Assembly: GCA_036399275.1 (NCBI GenBank)
Contig: DASWNK010000148.1
Coordinates: forward strand, 1,784-65,783
Length of the DNA stretch: 64,000 nt
Source of the DNA: Bacteroidia bacterium
GTDB taxonomy: Bacteria > Bacteroidota > Bacteroidia > 2-12-FULL-35-15
Reading direction: 5' to 3'
The notes beneath the pieces were generated by a model. The model saw nothing but the letters and a program-made list of their open reading frames with translations. It ran no database searches and had not been told where the DNA came from. Both the position numbers and the translations under genes were made by a program. Positions 39,838 to 48,149 of this stretch are shown here, one piece after another. The first letter of the stretch is position 1; the number at the start of each line of letters is the position of its first letter.

Positions 39838-40119
39838 ATGGGTCATCCCTATAAGCGGATGACAGACAAGAAACTCATCCAATTATTAAAGCAACAAAAT
39901 GCCGAACTCCTTAAGGCGTTGCAAAAGGAATTAGCCCCGCTCAGGAGAAAGAAATACTACACCTATAAAGAGGCAAGCGAGATATTATGTATTAGCGTGG
40001 AGGGCTTAAAAACACGATTGAAACGAGGCGAAATGTTTAAGGTGTGTAATAACGGGCGACCTCTGATCTCAGGGGTTGAGATTGACAGATATTTAAAATC
40101 ACAAAACCCAGGATTTTAA
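39838..40119 (+). CDS. Helix-turn-helix (excisionase/MerR-like HTH_17) DNA-binding protein
   Basis: The block YTYKEASEILCISVEGLKTRLKRGEM is typical of the small HTH proteins found beside Bacteroidota integrases. Transcribed divergently from rep. The start could be 39838 or 39859. Confidence 0.6.
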   Translation: MGHPYKRMTDKKLIQLLKQQNAELLKALQKELAPLRRKKYYTYKEASEILCISVEGLKTRLKRGEMFKVCNNGRPLISGVEIDRYLKSQNPGF

Positions 40120-40128
40120 TAAAATAAA

Positions 40129-40151
40129 ATGGTGGGGAAAGTCCCCACCAT
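40129..40151. terminator. Perfect 10-bp hairpin between convergent HTH and int genes
   Basis: ATGGTGGGGA-AAG-TCCCCACCAT. No clean T-run follows, so terminator function is uncertain. Confidence 0.4.
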
Positions 40152-40173
40152 GAAGATTCTAATAAATTTTAGA

Positions 40174-41397
40174 TTATGCTATTTTCATATTGGAGAAAAC
40201 ATTTACAAGTTTCTCATCGACTTTACTTTGTTCTAAGTTTACATAGCGGGAAAACGATCTGTAATCGGAGTGCGTACTCATTTGCATTACCTCAGATATT
40301 GAAAGCCCCCCCTCCAATGAAATGGATATAAAACTTTTGCGTGCATCGTGTATCGAAATCAATTCGTGTACTGGTTTTTGTTCCTGTGTTTGATTGTTGA
40401 GGTGTTGAATAATAATCGTTTCCTCTCGATCAATTCCGCAAAGTTTAACCCCTGCTTTGATGTTCTTATTTAACTTTTGATTTGATATATCTAAAGGCAA
40501 TACATTGTTGTACTTAGCAAGTATCTGCACTGCCTCAGGAATTAATTTAATACGGAGCTCTGTATTAGTTTTGTGTGTGTTGATATGTAGGTACCCGTTC
40601 TTAATGTTGTGTTTATTTACCTGCATCAAATCGTTATAGCGTAAGCCAAGGAAGGTTGCGAAACAAAACACGTCCTTTGCCCTTTCAAGATTTGTTTTGT
40701 CTTTGAAATCAAAATGGAAATACTGGAATAGTTCGTTTTGATGTAGTGTTATAATACGTTGATCTGTTTCTTTAACACGTTTTATTTTCATCCAGTCAGT
40801 TGCTGAGGTGTGCTTATTGTCAAAAGCCCAACGACAAAACACTTTGAGTGTTACGATCATTTTGTTAATTGTTGGGTTTTGTAAATTCTTTGAGCCCTTA
40901 ACGTGTTTGCTTTTTGTGCTCAAAAACTTGGCGAACTTTTCCGCCCATTTCGGATTCATATCGGCAAATTGTGTAGAGGGGTTGAAATCTTGCAGGTGGT
41001 TTATAAGGGTTGTAAATGGCTTAAGTGCACCCTCTTTCAAAAATCCTGCTCTCTCTCCTTTGAATTGTTCTAATAAGGCGGTTAAGTCTTTCTTGCCACG
41101 TTCAACATTGATAGTGTTTACATTGGCTGTAATGAAATCTTTTGCCTCGCTAAGACTTGCAATGTCATTGGCTAACTTTACATTCGTCATATATTTTTCG
41201 AATGCACTTTGGTATTTATTCAGGTATAACTTAATATTGTCGTTTTTACTTCCTGCTTTTGGCTTGCCCTCTTTCCATTGGTTAATGACGATCTTTTGAC
41301 CTGTTGAAATAATTGCTTTTACTCCACGCTCTGAAAGTATCCCACGTATAGTTCCTTCCTTGTCGTTGATCTTTTTTAATTCAAAATAAAAGTGCAT
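40174..41397 (-). CDS. int: Tyrosine site-specific integrase (Bacteroidota phage-integrase family with N-terminal arm-binding/SAM-like domains)
   Basis: Catalytic residues are readable: R in LGLRYNDL, HxxR in IHDARKSF, and H...Y in HSDYRSFSRYV. Start set to ATG 41397 (MHFYFELKK) because the ORF-track extension translates the TACGCACCC repeats. Confidence 0.88.
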   Translation of the reverse strand: MHFYFELKKINDKEGTIRGILSERGVKAIISTGQKIVINQWKEGKPKAGSKNDNIKLYLNKYQSAFEKYMTNVKLANDIASLSEAKDFITANVNTINVERGKKDLTALLEQFKGERAGFLKEGALKPFTTLINHLQDFNPSTQFADMNPKWAEKFAKFLSTKSKHVKGSKNLQNPTINKMIVTLKVFCRWAFDNKHTSATDWMKIKRVKETDQRIITLHQNELFQYFHFDFKDKTNLERAKDVFCFATFLGLRYNDLMQVNKHNIKNGYLHINTHKTNTELRIKLIPEAVQILAKYNNVLPLDISNQKLNKNIKAGVKLCGIDREETIIIQHLNNQTQEQKPVHELISIHDARKSFISISLEGGLSISEVMQMSTHSDYRSFSRYVNLEQSKVDEKLVNVFSNMKIA

Positions 41398-41442
41398 CTT
41401 GTTGAGGTGTTTGGTTATGCAAATGTAATTCTTTTTATAAGA

Positions 41443-41463
41443 TACGCACCCAACTACGCACCC
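41443..41463 (+). repeat. Two TACGCACCC repeats, 12 bp phase (candidate arm-type sites, right arm / int promoter region)
   Basis: TACGCACCC at 41443-41451 and 41455-41463, in the same orientation as the left-arm copies. They lie 46-66 bp upstream of the int ATG (41397) and 53 bp from the attR core. Confidence 0.85.
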
Positions 41464-41515
41464 AAACAATACAATTAATATGCAAGTATCTGATTGTCAA
41501 TTAAGTAAAATAAAA

Positions 41516-41538
41516 GGTTCGAACCCAGTAGTTCCCAC
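41516..41538 (+). repeat. attR core (orphan copy of the tRNA-Val 3' end)
   Basis: GGTTCGAACCCAGTAGTTCCCAC. No tRNA 5' half lies upstream; the flank is AAAA instead of CACT. Confidence 0.9.
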
Positions 41539-41547
41539 GGAAAAAGA

Positions 41548-41576
41548 AAGCCTTACAGAAAGGTGAGGCTTTTTTG
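41548..41576 (+). terminator. Hairpin plus T-run after attR (probably the displaced ancestral tRNA-Val terminator)
   Basis: AAGCCT / AGGCTT stem with a 12-nt loop and T5. Confidence 0.55.
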
Positions 41577-41700
41577 TCTTTATATATACTCAGAGAAATG
41601 CAGACTAGGAAAAGGCTAAGCTATTCAGGTTGCAAGTTCTCCACTAAAACAAAGCTTTACATTTCTGTAAGGCCTTTGTTTTCAAAATAAAATTGCACCC

Positions 41701-43815
41701 CTAAACCCTCACCCCTATCACACACACATCATCTACCTGCTCCAGGTTTCCTCTCCAGCTTTCAAGCGCTTTTTCGAGAATCTCTCTTTGCTGGTCCAGT
41801 GGTTCCTGATGATGTTGAAGGAGTAATTCCTTTAACATTTTGTATTTGAATTTTTTTCCTTTGTCGCCGCCGAACTGGTCGGCATAACCATCTGTGAAGA
41901 TGTAAAGGATATCATTTGTTTCCAGCTCAATGCTTTGGCGCGTGAAGGAATTATTGTTCTCTCCTAAACCAATCGGCATCTTATCATATTTTAATTCAAT
42001 GATCTCGCTGTTACGAATTAGGATGGATTTATTTTGTGCTGCTGCATAGGTTAAGGTTTTGCTTTTCTTATCCAGGCAAAGCAAAATTCCATCCATTCCA
42101 TCTTTCGCTCCTTCAAGTGAGATTCCACCAATCAGGCGTTCGCGCACATGATTAAAGATCTGTTCCGGTAGGTAGAGCTTCTTTTCATTAATGGCTTCGT
42201 TGAGGAAAGAGATATTGAGCAGGCTCATGAAAGCGCCCGGCACACCGTGTCCTGTGCTATCGCATACAGCCAGATAAAACTGTTCGGTGTTGGCAGCTAA
42301 AGTTGCCCAGTAGAAATCGCCGCTGACAATGTCCTTCGGCTTGTAGAGAACAAAATGTTCGAGTAAGTTTTGTTTTAAAAATGCATCGTGCGCCAATAAG
42401 GTTCGCTGAATTCTTTTTGCATAAAGAATCGAATCAGTCACTTCTTTATTCTTTTGCTCCACCACCGTTTTCTGTTCTTCAATTATTTTGTTTTGCGCAT
42501 TGGTGATCCTGAAGCGTTGAAACAGGAAATAAGAAAACAGTAAAACAATGATCAGCACGGCAATCATGATGTATCCGATGAAACGCTGCTGTTTCTTCTC
42601 TATGTCTTTCTTTTTTAATTCTGCTTCTGCTTCGCTTTTTAATTCATGCTCCTGGCGATCGAGCGCAAACTGCATTTTCAGGTTACTGAAAGTAGTGTTC
42701 TTGGTAGCGTTGAAAATACTGTCCTTCAATTGTGTCAGGATCTCATGGTAATGCAAAGCTTCTTTTGTATTGTCAGCTGCCTTATAGGTTTCATACATTC
42801 CCTCGGCGGAGCTTTGCTGATCTTCGAGACTGCCGGTTTCTTTTGCAATCTCGTAAGCTGTCTTATAATACTGCAAAGCAACATCGCTTTTTTTCAAGGC
42901 CTTGTTTGTATTCCCGAGCATGTTCAATTGCTCAGTCTGAAATTTCTTTTCACCGAGTTGTTTGGAAACCGCCAGGCCTTGCTCAAATTCAACGATCGCT
43001 TCATTGTATTTTCCTTCATCGTAATACAACAAACCAATATTCCCATGAGTCTCTGCTTTTCCTCTCAGATCATCCATTTCATTAGCAATGCTCAATGCCT
43101 GGTCGAGGTATTGTTTGGACGATGCAAACTCCTGCTTCATGCGGTACAAGGATCCCAGGTGGTTCAGCGAAGCGATCATGTCGATCTTGTTTCCCATTTC
43201 CTTGTGAATAGCGAAGCTCTTTTTCTGATAGACCAATGCAAGACTATCTTCTCCCAGCTTGCTGTACATTACGGCAATGTTGCCAATGCTGGCGGCAATA
43301 AAGTATCTGTTCCCCAATTGTTCCTGGAGCTTCATCCCTTTCTGCATGTATTCAATGGCTTTGATAAAATCAGAAAGGTTGTAATAAATGATTCCTATAT
43401 TATTGTAGGCGGTGGCAATTCCTTTTATGTTATTCGTCTCTTCGCTGATCGCAAGGTTCTTGTGATGGTATTCCAGTGCTTTTGCATAATCGGAGCTTTC
43501 TGAATAAATATTTCCGAAAGTATTATAAGAAGCTGCGATCCCTTTTTTATAGCCGAGCCTGGTGGATAATGCAAGTGATTTCTCTGCATACGAGAGCGCT
43601 TTTTTTGTTTCCCCTTTGCGCATGAGCGTTACACTAATGCGTTGGTATGTTTTGATCCTTACGGTATCATGAAGATCCGTATTTAAACTCGTTAATAAAG
43701 AATCTAAATTATAATTCTGTGCCTTCATCTGAATGAGGCAGGAACGGAACAAAAGGATAAGACAGATTCTTCTTATGAGTGGATTGTAGACTTGCAGTTT
43801 CATATAGCTCTCCAA
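41701..43815 (-). CDS. Membrane-anchored TPR-repeat sensor with C-terminal SpoIIE/PP2C phosphatase domain
   Basis: Signal-like N-terminus and about 8 TPR units (repeated YxxAlxyxxkal pattern). Coiled coil. One TM helix (FIGYIMIAVLIIVLLFSYFLF). PP2C blocks SGDFYW, VCDSTGHGVPGA, FTDGYADQFGG and DDVCVIGVRV. Confidence 0.85.
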   Translation of the reverse strand: MESYMKLQVYNPLIRRICLILLFRSCLIQMKAQNYNLDSLLTSLNTDLHDTVRIKTYQRISVTLMRKGETKKALSYAEKSLALSTRLGYKKGIAASYNTFGNIYSESSDYAKALEYHHKNLAISEETNNIKGIATAYNNIGIIYYNLSDFIKAIEYMQKGMKLQEQLGNRYFIAASIGNIAVMYSKLGEDSLALVYQKKSFAIHKEMGNKIDMIASLNHLGSLYRMKQEFASSKQYLDQALSIANEMDDLRGKAETHGNIGLLYYDEGKYNEAIVEFEQGLAVSKQLGEKKFQTEQLNMLGNTNKALKKSDVALQYYKTAYEIAKETGSLEDQQSSAEGMYETYKAADNTKEALHYHEILTQLKDSIFNATKNTTFSNLKMQFALDRQEHELKSEAEAELKKKDIEKKQQRFIGYIMIAVLIIVLLFSYFLFQRFRITNAQNKIIEEQKTVVEQKNKEVTDSILYAKRIQRTLLAHDAFLKQNLLEHFVLYKPKDIVSGDFYWATLAANTEQFYLAVCDSTGHGVPGAFMSLLNISFLNEAINEKKLYLPEQIFNHVRERLIGGISLEGAKDGMDGILLCLDKKSKTLTYAAAQNKSILIRNSEIIELKYDKMPIGLGENNNSFTRQSIELETNDILYIFTDGYADQFGGDKGKKFKYKMLKELLLQHHQEPLDQQREILEKALESWRGNLEQVDDVCVIGVRV

Positions 43816-43971
43816 ATTAACTATTTTCTTAATATATATGTGGTTTTTATTAAAAACTGAACAAAGAAAGCCGCTATCAGCCTCTTATTTTGCATGAACC
43901 TCCGGAGGGTTTGTCCATAATGTCTAAATCACTATATTTACCCGTAGTTCATGCTATCCAATCTCTCTTAG

Positions 43972-46095
43972 ATGAAAAATGCGCTTCGGTTAATTTTATT
44001 GATTTTCAACTGTTTCATCGTTAACCATGGATTCGGACAAATCATAAACCCTATTCACTGGAGCTTTAGCAGCGATAAAATAAGCAATTGCGAATTCGAT
44101 CTTATTATTAAAGCAAAGCTTGATGGTGGCTGGCATTTATACGGTCAGAAATCATATGGCGACGATGGCCCCATTCCCACTTCTTTTCATTTTACGCCCA
44201 ATGCCAACTATGAATTAATAGGGACGGCTTCAGAAAAAACATTGATTAAAAAATACGACTCTGTTTTTGGATTAGAGTTAAATTACTTTGAACACAAGGC
44301 GACCTTCCGTCAGAGAGTGCGGATCAAATCGGATCAGGCGATTGGGATCAAGGGTGAATTTGAATTCATGGTTTGCAACGAAGTTTCCTGTCAGCCTCCC
44401 ACTCTTGTACCCTTTTCATTTAAACTACAAGGCTCGGCGGATTGCAAAAATGTTTCAGGATCATCAGCAGGTGCAAACATGCCTTGCGACTGTGATTTAA
44501 ATAGAATAGCAAGAATATGCTTTTCAAACAATGGAGGCCCGGCAATTGCAGAAGACAAAACGGAAACAAGTACAGAGGAAACGGAAGGAATCGGAACTTC
44601 TCCCCTAGAAAACATACCTGCTTATACATCCGAAAATTCATCCAGCTATCCAATCAGCTGGTGGAGCATTTTCATTATGAGCTTTCTTGGTGGAATAGCG
44701 GCCTTGTTAACTCCTGCTGTTTTTCCGATGATTCCGATAACACTTTTCTTTTTCTCGCGGCTTAACAAAACACCGGAAAAAAGTATTTCTAATGCCTTGA
44801 CTTTCTCCACAGCCATTATTTTCACGTTTGTCGTTTTAGGATTTAGTCTTGTTTCCTTTTTCAACCGTTTAAGTTCACAATCAACAAATGTCTTTTTTAA
44901 TCTCTTGCTTTTCGCAGCATTAATTCTCATTGCCATTTCTTTTCTTGGCGCCTTTAAATTTTCGCTTATGGCAGGTCTTGCTCCTAAAAGCGATTCAAGG
45001 TTTAACCTGAAAGAACTAATAGCAATCCTTTTCCTAACATGTGTATTGTGCGTATTATCCCTTTCATGTGCTGGCCCGATCATTGGAACTATATTGATAC
45101 AGGCAGCAATAAACGGTGGCGCTCATGATATGCTCTGGGCACTCAGTGGTTTCACAGTTGCCCTGGCGATTGCCTTTGGCACATTAGCTTTCATTTCAAG
45201 AAGATTAAATTTGTTTCTGAATCCAGGAAGCTGGCGCCATACTGTTAAGATCGTTTTAGGATTTTTAGCATTGGTATTTGCACTTAAATTTGCTTCCAAT
45301 GTTGACCTAATTACTCAATCGGGCATTCTTACACGCGAAGTATTTATTTCTATTTGGATCATGCTCTTCGGAATACTTGGAATTTATTTGTTGGGAGGCA
45401 TAAAACTATCCCACGATAAAGAGATGACTTATTTATCGGTGCCGCGCTTGTTTGCAGCAATACTTGTTTTTTCGTTTACCTTTTATTTGATCCCCGGATT
45501 GTGGGGTGCACCCTTAAAGCTGATCAGCGGTTTTATTCCTCCTCTTGAATACAGTGAATCACCCGGGGGATTGCGAATATCAGAAAACAGGCAGGCTGTA
45601 TCAAATGATACAACTGTTACGGTGCATAAAAAAGAACATTGTCCGAATGAGCTGCCTTGCTTCCACGATTATGATGAAGCCTTAGCCTATGCGCGAAAAG
45701 TAAACAAACCATTAATGATTGATTTCACGGGTTGGGCTTGTGTGAGCTGCAGAAGCATGGAATCAAAAGTTTGGGCCGATGCTGAAGTTGACGCTCGCCT
45801 CAGGAATGAAGTAGTGCTGGTATCGCTTTATGTAGATGACAAAACCGACTTACCCGCTGATCAGCAAACAATAAAAAAGCTGGGTGATCGTGATTTCGCT
45901 ATTACAAGTATTGGAAACAAATGGTGTTACCTGCAGGCAAACCGTTATAAAACCAATTCTCAACCTCAATACATTCTCATTGACAATAAAGAACAAATGC
46001 TTACACAAAATACCAAAGGCTATGATCCCGATGTTCAGAATTACATTGATTGGCTGGACGAAGGAATCAATGAATATAAAAAGCGGGCAAAATAA
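43972..46095 (+). CDS. DsbD-family paralog with altered transmembrane cysteine set
   Basis: Colinear with 10772-12940, and the C-terminal thioredoxin domain is highly similar (WACVSC). The first conserved TM Cys is Ala (LLTPAVFPM, codon 44716-44718). An extra CVLC sits just upstream of the conserved second TM Cys (LTCVLCVLSLSCAGPI). Confidence 0.82.
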   Translation: MKNALRLILLIFNCFIVNHGFGQIINPIHWSFSSDKISNCEFDLIIKAKLDGGWHLYGQKSYGDDGPIPTSFHFTPNANYELIGTASEKTLIKKYDSVFGLELNYFEHKATFRQRVRIKSDQAIGIKGEFEFMVCNEVSCQPPTLVPFSFKLQGSADCKNVSGSSAGANMPCDCDLNRIARICFSNNGGPAIAEDKTETSTEETEGIGTSPLENIPAYTSENSSSYPISWWSIFIMSFLGGIAALLTPAVFPMIPITLFFFSRLNKTPEKSISNALTFSTAIIFTFVVLGFSLVSFFNRLSSQSTNVFFNLLLFAALILIAISFLGAFKFSLMAGLAPKSDSRFNLKELIAILFLTCVLCVLSLSCAGPIIGTILIQAAINGGAHDMLWALSGFTVALAIAFGTLAFISRRLNLFLNPGSWRHTVKIVLGFLALVFALKFASNVDLITQSGILTREVFISIWIMLFGILGIYLLGGIKLSHDKEMTYLSVPRLFAAILVFSFTFYLIPGLWGAPLKLISGFIPPLEYSESPGGLRISENRQAVSNDTTVTVHKKEHCPNELPCFHDYDEALAYARKVNKPLMIDFTGWACVSCRSMESKVWADAEVDARLRNEVVLVSLYVDDKTDLPADQQTIKKLGDRDFAITSIGNKWCYLQANRYKTNSQPQYILIDNKEQMLTQNTKGYDPDVQNYIDWLDEGINEYKKRAK

Positions 46096-46307
46096 ATGAG
46101 CTTAGCGCTCGATTGAATAAACTTCCTTATTATCTCCCTTTTTGCCCTCCCGGAAACCAATCCATCCTCCCTTTATTCTTCTTTAAAAGCCATCATTCAG
46201 TACAAATTCTGATAATTCAAAAGAATTTTGTGTCTTTTTCGCCCTGAAATGGATAAATGCCTACCTTCAATCCCTAAATATCTAAATCAACCCTAAACCT
46301 ACTCGTT

Positions 46308-47786
46308 ATGCAAGCAAAAATTGACAAGCATACCCTTCATAAAACTCCTACGGGTATTGATGGATTGGACGGACTCACAGAAGGCGGATTTCCACAGGGA
46401 AGACCAACATTGGTCTGTGGTGGAGCTGGTTGCGGCAAAACTCTTTTGTCGATGCAATTCCTGATCAATGGAATTATCCAGTATAATGAGCCGGGCGTTT
46501 TTATGTCCTTCGAAGAAAGCTCGAAAGACTTAACATCAAATGTTAGCTCCCTGGGCTTTGATCTTGAAACACTAATAGCAGAAAAAAAGCTGGTGATTGA
46601 GCATGTTCGCGTTGAGCGCTCACAAGTGGAAGAAACCGGAGAATATGATTTGGATGCTCTTTTTATACGATTAGGATATGCCATTGATAAAATAGGTGCA
46701 AAGCGAATTGTTCTGGATACGATTGAAACACTCTTCTCCTGCTTTTCAAATGAAGCGGTGTTGAGAGCTGAGCTTCGCAGACTGTTTGGCTGGATCAAAG
46801 AAAAAGGTGTTACTGCTGTGATCACTGCCGAAAAAGGCGTGCATTCTTTAACCCGCCAAGGACTCGAAGAATATGTTTCGGATTGTGTTATCTTATTGGA
46901 TAACCGTGTTATCGACCAGGTATCTACACGAAGATTAAGAATTATTAAATACCGCGGCTCAACCCATGGCACCAATGAATATCCTTTCCTGATTGATGAG
47001 GAAGGAATCTCCGTTCTACCTATCACTTCCTTAAAGCTCGATAATAAAGTTTCTTCCGAAATTATCTCCACAGGAGTTCCCGGACTAAACGAAATGTTTT
47101 TAAGCGGGGGATTGTACAGAGGAAGCAATATTCTAATTTCCGGATCGGCCGGAACTTCTAAAACAACCATTGCCTCTTACTTTGCAAATGAACAATGCAT
47201 GAGAAACGAAAGAGTGATTTATTTTGCTTTTGAAGAATCGCCTCAGCAGCTTATCCGCAATATGCGTTCTATTGGAATTGAATTGGAACCACATGTTGAA
47301 AAAGGAAATCTTCAGATCCATTCTTATCGCCCGACCTTAAATGGTTTGGAGCTTCACCTTTTAACCTTAAAGAAACTTGTCAGGGACTTTAAGCCGCAGA
47401 CAGTGATCATTGATCCTATCAGTAATTTGGTGTCAGTTGGAAATCCGAATGAAGTAAACTCCATGCTCGTTCGATTAATCGACTTGTTAAAAGTGAATAA
47501 TATCACTGCACTCTTCACTTCATTGAACCCTTATGCTAATTCCGATTTCACCGAAGATTCTATTTCTTCCCTCGTGGATACATGGCTGGCAGTGCGTGAT
47601 GTTGAAAGAGCCTCAGAAAGGAACCGAGGATTGTACATCATTAAAGCACGCGGATTGGCGCATTCAAACAAAGTAAGAGAGTTTATCATTACTTCGAAAG
47701 GAATCAAGATCCTGGATATTGAAAAAGGGCCGCATGGAATACTCACCGGCTCCGAAAGAGCGGAACAGCCTAATAACATCGATTAA
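46308..47786 (+). CDS. kaiC: Circadian clock protein KaiC homologue (double RecA-like domain ATPase/autokinase)
   Basis: 492 aa with two Walker A motifs (GGAGCGKT, GSAGTSKT). The CII region TEDSISSLVDT aligns by eye with cyanobacterial TDSHISTITDT. kaiB follows directly. Confidence 0.9.
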   Translation: MQAKIDKHTLHKTPTGIDGLDGLTEGGFPQGRPTLVCGGAGCGKTLLSMQFLINGIIQYNEPGVFMSFEESSKDLTSNVSSLGFDLETLIAEKKLVIEHVRVERSQVEETGEYDLDALFIRLGYAIDKIGAKRIVLDTIETLFSCFSNEAVLRAELRRLFGWIKEKGVTAVITAEKGVHSLTRQGLEEYVSDCVILLDNRVIDQVSTRRLRIIKYRGSTHGTNEYPFLIDEEGISVLPITSLKLDNKVSSEIISTGVPGLNEMFLSGGLYRGSNILISGSAGTSKTTIASYFANEQCMRNERVIYFAFEESPQQLIRNMRSIGIELEPHVEKGNLQIHSYRPTLNGLELHLLTLKKLVRDFKPQTVIIDPISNLVSVGNPNEVNSMLVRLIDLLKVNNITALFTSLNPYANSDFTEDSISSLVDTWLAVRDVERASERNRGLYIIKARGLAHSNKVREFIITSKGIKILDIEKGPHGILTGSERAEQPNNID

Positions 47787-47795
47787 AGAAAGCGC

Positions 47796-48146
47796 ATGCC
47801 CGAACAGATCAGTATAGAATTACTAAGGAACACAAAAAACGACTCCGTGGAAAACAAGGAACAGGAATGGCAACTTCGACTCTATATCGCTGGCCACACG
47901 CCTAAATCAATCAAAGCAATCGATAATCTGAAAAATTATTGCGAACAGCATTTAGCCGGAAGGTATTCAATTGAAGTGATCGATCTGTTAAAGAACCCTC
48001 AACTGGCAGAAGACGACCAGATTCTTGCGATCCCAACATTGATACGCAGGTTCCCTGAACCAATGCGTCAAATTATCGGCGATTTATCCAACGAAGAAAA
48101 AGTATTGGTTGGCTTGAATATTATCCCGGTACCAAAATTAAAATAA
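47796..48146 (+). CDS. kaiB: Circadian clock protein KaiB homologue
   Basis: [12 protein letters not shown]...[24 protein letters not shown]...[15 protein letters not shown] closely matches the KaiB thioredoxin-like fold sequence. Starts 9 nt after the kaiC stop. Confidence 0.92.
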   Translation: MPEQISIELLRNTKNDSVENKEQEWQLRLYIAGHTPKSIKAIDNLKNYCEQHLAGRYSIEVIDLLKNPQLAEDDQILAIPTLIRRFPEPMRQIIGDLSNEEKVLVGLNIIPVPKLK

Positions 48147-48149
48147 TGG

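Larger units (their letters stand above)
37591..41538 (+). mobile_element. Integrated element in the tRNA-Val 3' end (about 3.9 kb): int, HTH/xis-like, HUH Rep-like, TerS-like, orf66
   Basis: A 23-bp perfect direct repeat of the tRNA 3' end bounds the segment. A tyrosine integrase sits next to the distal repeat. Arm-type repeats occur at both ends. No capsid, tail or large-terminase genes are present. Confidence 0.85.

Noticed and set aside
41398-41469. N-terminal 24-aa extension of the integrase ORF
   Set aside because: The extension simply translates the two TACGCACCC DNA repeats (GCVVGCV). The ATG at 41397 gives a normal integrase N-terminus.
37591-41538. Interpretation as a complete prophage or an integrated Microviridae-type provirus
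   Set aside because: No major capsid, portal, tail, lysis or large-terminase gene is present, and 3.9 kb is too small. Microviridae proviruses would carry a large VP1 capsid gene and usually no tyrosine integrase next to a tRNA att site.
42646-43503. 285-aa ORF (plus 117-aa and 67-aa ORFs) antisense to the TPR-SpoIIE gene
   Set aside because: It sits opposite the repetitive TPR region. Its composition is Cys/Phe/Leu-rich and odd, with no start context or family signal. The sense gene has unambiguous TPR and PP2C motifs.
43972-46095. Second DsbD copy as a pseudogene or as part of a recent segmental duplication
   Set aside because: The reading frame is intact over 707 codons with a signal peptide and a conserved thioredoxin domain. 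Similarity to copy 1 is confined to the gene itself and is clearly diverged at the nucleotide level. The flanks are unrelated.
46204-46228. AAATTCT-N11-AGAATTT inverted repeat about 80 nt upstream of kaiC as a possible operator
   Set aside because: It is only 7 bp per arm in AT-rich DNA and is easily explained by chance. I note it but do not support it as a feature.
46337-47170. 277-aa ORF antisense to kaiC
   Set aside because: It lies completely inside the strongly supported kaiC frame on the opposite strand. It has a low-complexity Ser/Pro/Ile-rich composition and no recognisable motifs. This is typical of a shadow ORF.
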